The translations under genes were made by a program, and so were the position numbers. 64,000 nucleotides of DNA from Minisyncoccia bacterium. Lineage in GTDB: Bacteria; Patescibacteriota; Minisyncoccia; Phycocordibacterales; SBAW01. The stretch is taken from NCBI GenBank assembly GCA_049997855.1, contig JBEKSG010000003.1, positions 4,154 through 68,153 of the forward strand, read 5' to 3'. Positions 38,340 to 47,197 of this stretch are shown here, in pieces; position 1 is the first letter of the stretch, and every line of letters starts with the position of its first letter. Under the pieces are notes generated by a model. That model saw only the letters and a list, made by a program, of their open reading frames with translations. It searched no databases and had not been told where the DNA came from.

Positions 38340-40965
38340 ATGAAGGGCACAGCTGGCACTGCGGGGGGGGGTACGACGAGCACTGTCTGTAGCTCTCCTC
38401 TTTTGTAGTGCTCTCCTTCTTTTCTCTAACGCGATTCCAGCATCTGCCGCCATCTTTACCCGCCCCCTCTACCTCGGCACCAAAGGGAGTGACGTCTCTG
38501 CTCTCCAGCAGTTTCTTAAATCAAAAGGCTACTTTACCTATCCAACCATCACCGGCTACTTTGGTGCCGTTACGGTAAAAGCAGTAGAAGCCTATCAAAA
38601 AGCAAACAACCTTGAGCCGGTAGGCAACGTAGGACCCAAAACCCGTGCACTGCTCAATACCGCGCTCACCACTACTACCCCTGCATCCTCAACCCCCCCA
38701 ACCTCTACCACCACGCCAACCACCAGCACCACAACCATTCCCTGCATCCCTGGTTGGTGCACGCTGCCAGGTTACGCACCAGGGCAGTTTGTTGGGGGAG
38801 GAGGAGCTAATCGTGATATCACGCCACCGAGTGTCTCCCTTACTACACCCACCAGTGGCACCACCGTCGCAGGCCCGGTCACGCTTACCGCCTCTGCTTC
38901 TGACAATGTGGGGGTCACAAGCGTACAGTTCAATGTCGATGGTACAAGTATCGGGTCTCTCTCTTCTGCTCCGTACACCACTACATGGAACAGTGGGAGT
39001 GTTGCTGACGGTTCACATACCCTCACGGTCACAGCTCAAGATGCGGCAGGTAATACCACCACTAGTGCAGGCGTTGCTATTACCGTACGCAATACACCCC
39101 CTATTATTACCGCCATCGCCTCAAGCTCTATTGCTTCCACGACACAGACTATTACGTGGACTACTGATGAGCTTGCTACCTCGACCGTCTACTATGGCAC
39201 TACTACAAGCTATGGTAGTGCTTCATCTTCAGCCATCCTCACCACGAGCCACTCAATTACACTTACCGGTCTCACTGCCTCAACTACGTACAACTTTGTT
39301 GTTACCTCCGCAGACGCTTCAGGCAACATTGCCTCTTCCACCAACCAATCCTTTACCACTGCGGCCTACACCTATTACGTGGATAGTGTAAATGGTAGTG
39401 ATGCGAATCCTGGCACATCTCCGTCCTTGGCACTCAGAAACATCACAGCACTTCCTACCATCACAGCAGGGCAGGGTGTTGGATTGGCGTATGGGTCGCA
39501 TTGGAGACAGCAGCTTACTATCAATGCAGCGAACGCAACTGTTATTGGCTATCCTACAACATACAACTCAACCAATTTACCGATTCTTGATGCGTCAGAT
39601 GTCATACCCAATGCAAATTTTGTCGCGGCTACCGGAGGTAACACCGGCGCGTACTACACAAATAGTGCCCTTTCCTTTCTAAGCGCTGGTTCAGGAGCAG
39701 GATGGATCAATGTGTTTGAGACTGGCGGTCCGGGCGATTCCACTACAGGACGATTTCTGACGAATGTCGTTAGTGAAGCCTTAGTGGCGTCTACACCTTG
39801 TAGTTACTACGTTCCTGGCATATCTCAAGGATCTGCCGTCCCTGCAAGCGGAGTTATTTACCTTCATTCTTGCGATGATAGTTCGCCAATTACTAATGGA
39901 TATTTATATGAATTTAGCAATCGTGCCACCGCCCTTACTATGAACGGCTATGGAGGTAAGGTAAGCAACCTAGAGGGCCGCAAAAATTCCTCTGAAAGCG
40001 GCGCAATTGTTCTTTCCGGAGATGGTAACTCCTACATTGTAAATAACATAATCGCGCGCGATGGGAATGACCATGTGATGTTTGTGCCATCTGGTACGAC
40101 CATATCAAATTCACAATTCATTAATGCCTATTGGGGGCCAAACATCTTTAACAATTTACTGGTCGTTTATGACGCAAATGGAACCGGATTGCCTTTCAGT
40201 TCATCTAACAATATTTATCAACAAGACCAAAATATGAGCGATTCCGTTTATGGCGTTATTGCTTTGATGCAGCACACTAACGGCGGTACGAGTATTGGTA
40301 ACGTGACCTCTACTGGCGATTGGTTCATCGGAAAGAACGGTGCCATTATGACGGCCTTCGGTGTCAGCAATACTCCATCACTTATAATGAACAACAATTA
40401 CGCGAGCCAAGTTGCACATATGGTCTCGGTAACAACGTCGGTGGTTGACAATGGATCACAATTTGTAGCGAGTGGGGGTGATTTTCTAGAATACGCTGCC
40501 GCAAATCAGACAGTCACTCTTAATAACACTCTTATTTGTACAACTAATAGCCCATACGGCGGGCCGTTGAATATTGAGAACGCTGCAAACAGCACGCTTA
40601 ATATTAATGGCGGCGTAACGTATTTAGACACCGGAAAGGGCTGGAACGTAATCTCCGATAACAACGGCGAAGGCACCGCGAACGTGCATCTGAACATCAA
40701 CAACCATATCTTTGGTGGCCCAGGTCAATACTCAATGAACGCGTATGATTTCACTGGTAGCGGTGGAGTATTTACGGGCGGAACGGCAGGAAACGCAAAT
40801 TCCTATTCGACCGGCTTTGGATTCATGATCTTCAACAACGTGCAATATAACAGTCTTGCGGCATGGAAAGCGGCGGTTACCCCGCAAGACGCAGTGGCTG
40901 TCTCTATTGCACCAACTGTAGGGCAAAGTGCCTGCACACTGCCGACTATACCTACAGTAAATTAG
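38340..40965 (+). pseudogene. large cell-surface protein (signal peptide, peptidoglycan-binding domain, T/P-rich linker, Ig-like and FN3-like domains, right-handed beta-helix) disrupted by frameshift in G9 tract
   Basis: The ATG at 38340 is in frame +0 and is followed by a G9 run at 38363..38371. The long ORF continuing to 40965 is in frame +1 and has no start codon of its own until 38908. Removing one G yields MKGTAGTAGGVRRALSVALLFCSALLLFSNAIPASAAIF... (a signal peptide) fused to a PG_binding_1-like segment (LYLGTKGSDVSALQQFLKSKGYF). Confidence 0.6.
38363..38371 (+). repeat. homopolymeric G9 tract at 5' end of surface protein gene
   Basis: Direct count in the sequence (c-ggggggggg-t); candidate slipped-strand phase-variation site. 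Confidence 0.8.
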
Positions 40966-40968
40966 TTT

Positions 40969-41454
40969 TTATTTTTCCACCTCCACACTGCGCTCGCCTT
41001 CTTGCATCCCTTCGGACGAAAAGTTTATCACGAGGTCGGGTTTGGGGAGCTCGCACTCTACCCTCTCGGGCCATTCTACACACACGAGTATTTTTGGGTC
41101 TTGCAAAAACTGCTCCGGCTTAATTGCGGCAAATTGTTTTGGATTTTCTAATCTGTAGGCGTCGATGTGCACTAATTTATTAAAAGGCGTCGCCTTAACA
41201 CCAGGGCTCTTCAAGGCAACGCCTTGGGGGATGTCGTAGCTCTTCATCAACACATACGTGGGGCTTTGCAGCGTTTCGGTAACACCAAGCGCTTTTGCGA
41301 GCGCTTGTACAAACGTGGTTTTGCCCGAGCCCAAATCGCCTCGCAACGCAACAAGCGTTGCGTGCGGCTTGTTTTGCTCAAGCGACTGCAAAATATCCAA
41401 CACTTTTTGTGCAAAAGCATCCACGTTGGCGAGCGGTACCGTCTCCATACTCAT
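40969..41454 (-). CDS. tsaE: tRNA threonylcarbamoyladenosine biosynthesis ATPase TsaE
   Basis: P-loop GDLGSGKTTFV; about 160 aa. Confidence 0.75.
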   Translation of the reverse strand: MSMETVPLANVDAFAQKVLDILQSLEQNKPHATLVALRGDLGSGKTTFVQALAKALGVTETLQSPTYVLMKSYDIPQGVALKSPGVKATPFNKLVHIDAYRLENPKQFAAIKPEQFLQDPKILVCVEWPERVECELPKPDLVINFSSEGMQEGERSVEVEK

Positions 41455-41486
41455 CAGAGTACCAAAAGGCGTTGTACAATACGAGC

Positions 41487-43172
41487 ATGGCCGGACAATT
41501 TGATGAAGCGGAGTCGGCAAAGCGGCTCGACTTTTTGCGCAAACGCGAAGAGGAGGAACTTGCGCAAATGCTCTCGAGCAGATATGGCGTCGAGTATGTC
41601 GACCTTTCGCTTGTGGCTATCAACAGCGACGCTCTGCGCATTATTAGCGAGGAAGAGAGCCGCGCCGTGGAGGCGGTGGCATTTGGACGTGTTGGTAAAA
41701 GGCTCTCGGTTGCCGTGCGCGCGCCCGGCAAAAACGAAGTTAAGGCGCTGATGCAAAAACTCACCGAGCAAGGCTACGAAGTCACATTATTTATTTGCTC
41801 CGAAGAAAGTTTGAAGCGTGCCTATGCGCGCTATGCCGACCTCTCCTATGCCACCGAGTCAAAAGCGGGCGTCTTTGAACTTTCCAACCAGGAAGTTGAG
41901 GACCTTGCCGAAAAAGTTAAAACGCTCGAGGACATCGGTGCGCTCATCAACGATGCAATAGAGATGAAGCGTGCCTATCGCATCACGCGAATCCTCGAAG
42001 TTATTTTGGCAGGCGGTCTCTCAACAGGCGCCTCGGACATCCACTTTGAGCCCGAGGAGGTGGCCGTGCGTTTGCGGTACCGACTCGACGGCGTGCTTGT
42101 TGATGTGCTCACCTTTGACCACGAAACCTATCGGCTTACGCTCTCACGCCTCAAACTGCTCTCGGGATTAAAGCTCAACGTGACCGACGAGGCGCAAGAC
42201 GGCCGCTTTAGCATAAAAATAAAAGGCGATGAGATAGAGTTGCGCACCTCGATACTCCCTGGCAACTATGCCGAAACGCTGGTGCTCCGTATTTTAAATC
42301 CTAAATCGATCGGCGTGCCGCTCGAAGATCTCGGCATCGAAGAAAAATTGCGTCTGCGGATTGAAAAAGAGATTGCAAAACCCAACGGCATGATACTCAC
42401 CACCGGCCCAACTGGCAGCGGCAAAACCACCACGCTCTACGCGTTTTTGCGCAAGATAAACGACCCGGGCACCAAGATTATTACCATCGAGGACCCGGTG
42501 GAGTATCACCTGCCCGGCATCGTGCAAACGCAGGTTGATAAAAAAACGTACACTTTTGCGGCAGGCTTGCGCTCGGCCCTGCGACAAGACCCCGACATCA
42601 TCATGGTCGGCGAGATCCGCGACGACGAAGTGGCCGCGACCGCCATCAACGCGGCACTTACCGGACACCTCGTGTTCTCAACGCTCCACACCAACGATGC
42701 GGCCGGGGCTTTCCCCCGCCTCATCGACCTCGGTGTGTCCGAAAAAGTGTTGAGCTCGTCCATCAATGTTGCTATCGCTCAGCGCCTTTTGCGCAAACTC
42801 TGCAGTGCGTGCAAAGTACAACGCGCGCCAACGGGAGATGAGCAAGCAATAATCGACCGCACGATTGCAGGCATTGTCGATAGATCGTTCGTGCCCGCTA
42901 CCACCAACGTGCTGTGGGGCGCGTTGCCCAAAGGATGCCCCGAGTGTCACGGTCGCGGATACAAAGGCCGTATCGGCATCTTTGAGGCAATATTTATGGA
43001 CGCAAAAATTGAGGAAGTACTACGCACCAAGCCAAGCGAGCGCGAGGTGGCCGAGGCCGCCAAGCCGCAAGCAATACCCACCATGGAACAAGACGGTGTC
43101 TTAAAGGTCCTCCGCGGCGTGACTTCATTAGAAGAGCTCGGCCGCGTTGTTGATTTAACGGCAAAAATATAG
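41487..43172 (+). CDS. pilB: type IV pilus/type II secretion assembly ATPase (PilB/GspE family)
   Basis: Walker A (TGPTGSGKTTT), Asp box, His box and a tetracysteine zinc motif (CSAC...CPEC); the start is placed at MAGQFDEA. Confidence 0.85.
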   Translation: MAGQFDEAESAKRLDFLRKREEEELAQMLSSRYGVEYVDLSLVAINSDALRIISEEESRAVEAVAFGRVGKRLSVAVRAPGKNEVKALMQKLTEQGYEVTLFICSEESLKRAYARYADLSYATESKAGVFELSNQEVEDLAEKVKTLEDIGALINDAIEMKRAYRITRILEVILAGGLSTGASDIHFEPEEVAVRLRYRLDGVLVDVLTFDHETYRLTLSRLKLLSGLKLNVTDEAQDGRFSIKIKGDEIELRTSILPGNYAETLVLRILNPKSIGVPLEDLGIEEKLRLRIEKEIAKPNGMILTTGPTGSGKTTTLYAFLRKINDPGTKIITIEDPVEYHLPGIVQTQVDKKTYTFAAGLRSALRQDPDIIMVGEIRDDEVAATAINAALTGHLVFSTLHTNDAAGAFPRLIDLGVSEKVLSSSINVAIAQRLLRKLCSACKVQRAPTGDEQAIIDRTIAGIVDRSFVPATTNVLWGALPKGCPECHGRGYKGRIGIFEAIFMDAKIEEVLRTKPSEREVAEAAKPQAIPTMEQDGVLKVLRGVTSLEELGRVVDLTAKI

Positions 43173-43204
43173 CCTGCCGCACGATGCGATTGAGTGTGCC
43201 CTCA

Positions 43205-43460
43205 AAACACAAAACTCCCGCTGGTCAATCTAGCCGATTGGCCAAACGGGAGTATTGTTAAGGGAGTTTGGAGTAGTACACCCTCAAGCAATGCACAGAT
43301 TCGACTAGCGAATAAGCGGAAGCCGCTTCTGAGGATAGCCCCCGCGGCTATGTATAAAACATGGTGCCGGAGCATCCTTGGAGCGGTCCCAAAGCGATTA
43401 AGCCGCACTGCTTGAGGGTGTACTCTTCCCAACAAAAAATCCCCCATGCAAGGGAAGAGC
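43205..43460. other. highly structured non-coding region (candidate ncRNA)
   Basis: Nested hairpins: ACTCCCG/CGGGAGT; a 16 bp perfect inverted repeat 43275..43290 / 43409..43424 enclosing GC-rich sub-hairpins; CTCTTCCC/GGGAAGAG. Confidence 0.3.
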
Positions 43461-43493
43461 AATGCTGGGCGTATCTTAGCATACCATTATTTT

Positions 43494-44516
43494 ATGTCAA
43501 GCCTCTCGAAAGACCCTAGCCAAGAGCTCAAAAACGAGGCGCATCTCGACCAAACGTTGCGCCCGGCCTCTTGGAGCGAGTATATCGGGCAAGAGAGCAT
43601 TAAAAACAACCTCCATATTTTGATTAGCGCCGCCAAAGAGCGTTCGACTCCGCCGGAACATATCCTTTTTTACGGGCCGCCGGGTCTCGGCAAGACAACG
43701 CTCGCGCATCTCATTGCGCACGAGCTTGGTGGAGCGTTGCGCGCAACCTCCGGTCCCGCTATCGAGCGCGTGGGCGACTTGGCTGCACTACTCACCAACC
43801 TCAATCCGGGCGACATTTTGTTTATCGACGAGATACACCGGCTTAGCCATGCCATTGAGGAGGTGCTCTACCCTGCCATGGAGAGCAGCTCGCTCAACAT
43901 CATCATTGGCAAGGGGCCGAGTGCACGCACGCTTGATTTGCCGCTGCCGCCGTTTACCTTAATTGCCGCTACGACACGCGTGGCCGACCTCTCGGCGCCA
44001 CTGCGTTCGCGGTTTTCGGGCGGCGTCTTTCGCCTCGAGTTTTACAGCGAGGATGATATCGCGCACATCGTGAGGCGCTCGGCAAAAATACTTGGCGTTG
44101 ATATCGAAGAAGGCGGCGTTGCCGAGATCGCCAAACGCGCGCGCGCGACACCGCGCACCGCCAACTATCTCTTAAAACGCGCGCGCGACTGGGCGCAGGT
44201 CAAAAAAATCCCGCTCTCGGCAAAAGCGGTGAGCGACGCGTTGGCCATGCTCGAGGTAGATGAGCTGGGCTTGACCCCGCTTGATAGAAAACTGCTTGAG
44301 GTGCTGATAGAGCGCTTCAACGGCGGCCCGGCGGGCGTTTCGGCACTGGCGGCAGCGCTCGCCGAAGAGCCGACCACGATAAGCGAGGTGCACGAACCAT
44401 TCCTCCTCCAACTCGGTTTGATTGAAAGGACTCCAAGAGGTCGCGTAGCCACCGTTAAGGCCTATGAACATACAGGCAAACAAGCTCCCTTCAACTTAAA
44501 CGAAAAGCTTTTATAA
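43494..44516 (+). CDS. ruvB: Holliday junction DNA helicase RuvB
   Basis: AAA+ motifs ([15 protein letters not shown]; DEIHRL). Confidence 0.9.
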   Translation: MSSLSKDPSQELKNEAHLDQTLRPASWSEYIGQESIKNNLHILISAAKERSTPPEHILFYGPPGLGKTTLAHLIAHELGGALRATSGPAIERVGDLAALLTNLNPGDILFIDEIHRLSHAIEEVLYPAMESSSLNIIIGKGPSARTLDLPLPPFTLIAATTRVADLSAPLRSRFSGGVFRLEFYSEDDIAHIVRRSAKILGVDIEEGGVAEIAKRARATPRTANYLLKRARDWAQVKKIPLSAKAVSDALAMLEVDELGLTPLDRKLLEVLIERFNGGPAGVSALAAALAEEPTTISEVHEPFLLQLGLIERTPRGRVATVKAYEHTGKQAPFNLNEKLL

Positions 44517-44544
44517 TTTTAGAAAAGAGAGGTATAAATCTTAT

Positions 44545-45075
44545 ATGTCAGGACACAGCAAATGGGCAAAGCTCAAGCACACCAAAGGTAAGACTGATGC
44601 CGAGAAGGCCAAACTTTTTAGCAAGCTCGTGCGCTTTATCACTATCGAGGCAAAAAAAGCCAAGGGCGACCGCAATGCGCCCGGCGTGCGTGTCGCCATT
44701 GAGAAAGCCAAGGAGGCCAATATGCCTGCCGATAACATCGAACGCGCGCTGAGCCGTGCCTCAAGCGACGACATCGAGATGGAACAGGTTACCTATGAGG
44801 CTTACGGCCCCGGCGGGTGCGCAATTATTGTTGGGGGCTACACCGACTCGCGCAATCGCACCAATCAGGAAATTAAACATCTGCTCGCGCTCCATGGCGC
44901 CACGCTTGCCACGCCGGGCGCAGCCATGTGGGCGTTTACTAAAGGAGCCGACGGCAAGCTCGAGGCAACCGTGCCGGTTGAGCTCAGCGACGAAGACGCA
45001 CGAAAAATGGCGCAGCTTAGCGACGCGCTCGAAGACCACGACGACGTGAGCGAGGTGTACACCAACGCTGCGTAA
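44545..45075 (+). CDS. yebC: YebC/PmpR-family transcriptional regulator (short form)
   Basis: MSGHSKWAKLKH N-terminus; the conserved ruvB-yebC-ruvC context. Confidence 0.8.
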   Translation: MSGHSKWAKLKHTKGKTDAEKAKLFSKLVRFITIEAKKAKGDRNAPGVRVAIEKAKEANMPADNIERALSRASSDDIEMEQVTYEAYGPGGCAIIVGGYTDSRNRTNQEIKHLLALHGATLATPGAAMWAFTKGADGKLEATVPVELSDEDARKMAQLSDALEDHDDVSEVYTNAA

Positions 45076-45116
45076 TCTCTTTTTTCTTATTTTACTGTGA
45101 TTGCTATACTGCATCT

Positions 45117-45599
45117 ATGCGAGTGCTAGCTTTTGACCCGGGGTTTGAGCGGCTCGGCGTTGCCGTGGCTGAAAAAAACAACGGCAAGGAAACTGTCCTA
45201 CACTCCGAGTGCGTGCGTACTGATGCCTCGCTCCCCTTTAGCGAGCGGCTCCTCACGCTCGGCACAGCCGTTGAGGCACTCATAAAAAAGTTTAAGCCCG
45301 ATGTAATAGCGCTTGAAGAGATCTTTTTCGGCAAAAATGCAAAAACCGGCGTACAAATAGCCGAGGTACGCGGCATGCTTACTTATATTGCCACAAAAAA
45401 GGGGCTTACTGTATATGGCTACACACCGCTTGAGGTTAAAATAGCTGTTACTGGCTATGGTAAGAGCGACAAAAGTGCCGTCGCAATGATGGTGCCGCGT
45501 CTGGCGAGCTTGCCAAAGCGTCGGCGTCTTGACGATGAGCTGGACGCTATCGCGATAGGGCTCACCTGCTTGGCCTGCGAAGCTCACGGAGCAAAGTAG
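45117..45599 (+). CDS. ruvC: crossover junction endodeoxyribonuclease RuvC
   Basis: MRVLAFDPGFERLGVAV N-terminus with catalytic acidic residues. Confidence 0.85.
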   Translation: MRVLAFDPGFERLGVAVAEKNNGKETVLHSECVRTDASLPFSERLLTLGTAVEALIKKFKPDVIALEEIFFGKNAKTGVQIAEVRGMLTYIATKKGLTVYGYTPLEVKIAVTGYGKSDKSAVAMMVPRLASLPKRRRLDDELDAIAIGLTCLACEAHGAK

Positions 45600-45736
45600 G
45601 CTCTTGCGGAGCGTGCGTTTGGGTTACTATTATCCACAGTCGATGCGCCCAAAACGGTTTGCAAAACGTATTAGTTTTGTTACAACACAATGCATCGGAG
45701 CCATCACTATAATTACAAGATATAAAGACGCGCTTT

Positions 45737-45889
45737 ATGAACGACGAGTACGAAACAGAAGGTTTTTTGCTTAGCGAAAGTGACCCGGACGATGAGGATA
45801 CGGACGACACTGAGGGTGACGGTGCAGAATTAGAAGAAGAGGAGGAAGAAACCTCCGGTGTCATTGGACTTGATGGGGAGGAGGAATAA
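45737..45889 (+). CDS. small highly acidic protein (50 aa)
   Basis: Hand translation MNDEYETEGFLLSESDPDDEDTDDTEGDGAELEEEEEETSGVIGLDGEEE, followed by a strong terminator. Confidence 0.3.
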   Translation: MNDEYETEGFLLSESDPDDEDTDDTEGDGAELEEEEEETSGVIGLDGEEE

Positions 45890-45914
45890 GTTGTTGCAAG
45901 TTAAGAAATAAAAT

Positions 45915-45975
45915 AAAAAAGGCTTCGTGTAGGAGTTTCTCGTTTATCTCTCAGGAGCGAAGCCTTTTTTATTTT
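45915..45975. terminator. bidirectional rho-independent terminator
   Basis: aaaaaaggcttcg...cgaagcctttttt. Confidence 0.65.
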
Positions 45976-47170
45976 ATTTTACGATTATTTTTAAGAAGCG
46001 GTGTTTGCCTATGCGCAGAGTTATATCTCTTGTAACGGACGCAAGGGCTTCTGTTATAACTTCTCCGTCAACTTCACTTATAGACCCTTGTTGAAATAGT
46101 CTCCGAAAATTTGATTTCGATTCACCGAAAGCACTAGCGAGTACATCAATGTACGGTATACCTGCAGCACTATTAACTTCTTTGATATCTTTTGGTATGC
46201 CGCCTTCACTAAACGTGCCGACCCAATCTTGCTCGGCTTCCTCTGCGTCTTTTTGAGAGTGGTACATCGCCACTATCTCGCGTGCAAGGCGCATCTTGGC
46301 CTCTTTAGGATAGCCTTGCATGACGCCCGCAACTTCATCCATTGGTATGCGTGTGCACAGGATAAAATATCGCCCGACAAGTTCATCTCTAACCGACATG
46401 ATCTTGCCGTACATATCCTGTGCCGCATCGAGAATATTCACTACGTTCCCCCACGACGAGCTCATCTTCCGTCCATCGGTACCCTCGAGAAGCTCAAGCG
46501 TCATGACATCCTGTGGTTCCTGCTTATAGAGCTTTTGAATATCTCTGCCTGCCAAGAGGTTAAATCGTTGGTCGGTGCCGCCAAGTTCAACGTTTGAACA
46601 TACAGCAACCGAATCATAGCCTTGCATGAGCGGGTACAGAAGTTCGTGGAAGGATACACGCTGGCCGGCATCCATCCGTTTTGCGATAAGTTCGCGAGAT
46701 GCAAATTCGTTGAGCCCGAAGAGGCTCGCCATCCTGGTCAATTCAATAAAACCGAGTTTGCTTAACCATTCGGAATTGTGGTGCGTTTCAGTCTTATCTG
46801 GATCGAGTATCTTGAAAGCTTGCTCAAAGTACGTCTGCATATTTTTCTCGACCTGCTCTTGGGAGAGCATAGGTCTTTCCGCTTCCTTGTCGGATGTGTC
46901 TCCAACAACTCCTGTTGCGTCTCCGATTATAAAGACCGCAGTGTGCCCAAGATCTTGAAATGCCCTGAGCTTCCAGAGCGCTATCGCACGGCCAATGTGG
47001 AGGTCGGGCGACGTTGGGTCGATGCCGAGTTTAACGCGCAGGCGCCTGCCGGAGAGCAACTTTTCGCGCAGTTTTTCTTTAACAATAACCTCGGCAACGC
47101 CGCGCGAAAGCAGCTCGTCTATTGCTTTTTGGTCGGTCGAAACGGCCGGTGTTTTGGTAAACAACCCCAT
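45974..47170 (-). CDS. tyrS: tyrosyl-tRNA synthetase
   Basis: Class I HIGH-like (HIGR) and KMSKS-like (KMSSS) motifs with a C-terminal S4-like domain. Confidence 0.8.
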   Translation of the reverse strand: MGLFTKTPAVSTDQKAIDELLSRGVAEVIVKEKLREKLLSGRRLRVKLGIDPTSPDLHIGRAIALWKLRAFQDLGHTAVFIIGDATGVVGDTSDKEAERPMLSQEQVEKNMQTYFEQAFKILDPDKTETHHNSEWLSKLGFIELTRMASLFGLNEFASRELIAKRMDAGQRVSFHELLYPLMQGYDSVAVCSNVELGGTDQRFNLLAGRDIQKLYKQEPQDVMTLELLEGTDGRKMSSSWGNVVNILDAAQDMYGKIMSVRDELVGRYFILCTRIPMDEVAGVMQGYPKEAKMRLAREIVAMYHSQKDAEEAEQDWVGTFSEGGIPKDIKEVNSAAGIPYIDVLASAFGESKSNFRRLFQQGSISEVDGEVITEALASVTRDITLRIGKHRFLKIIVK

Positions 47171-47197
47171 GCATTTACTCTATGCTAAAATGAGCCG

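Noticed and set aside
38645-39391. 248 aa Pro-rich ORF in the ORF track
   Set aside because: It is an alternative frame inside the large surface-protein gene. Its low-complexity PPLP-type translation is typical of off-frame reading of Thr/Pro-rich coding sequence.
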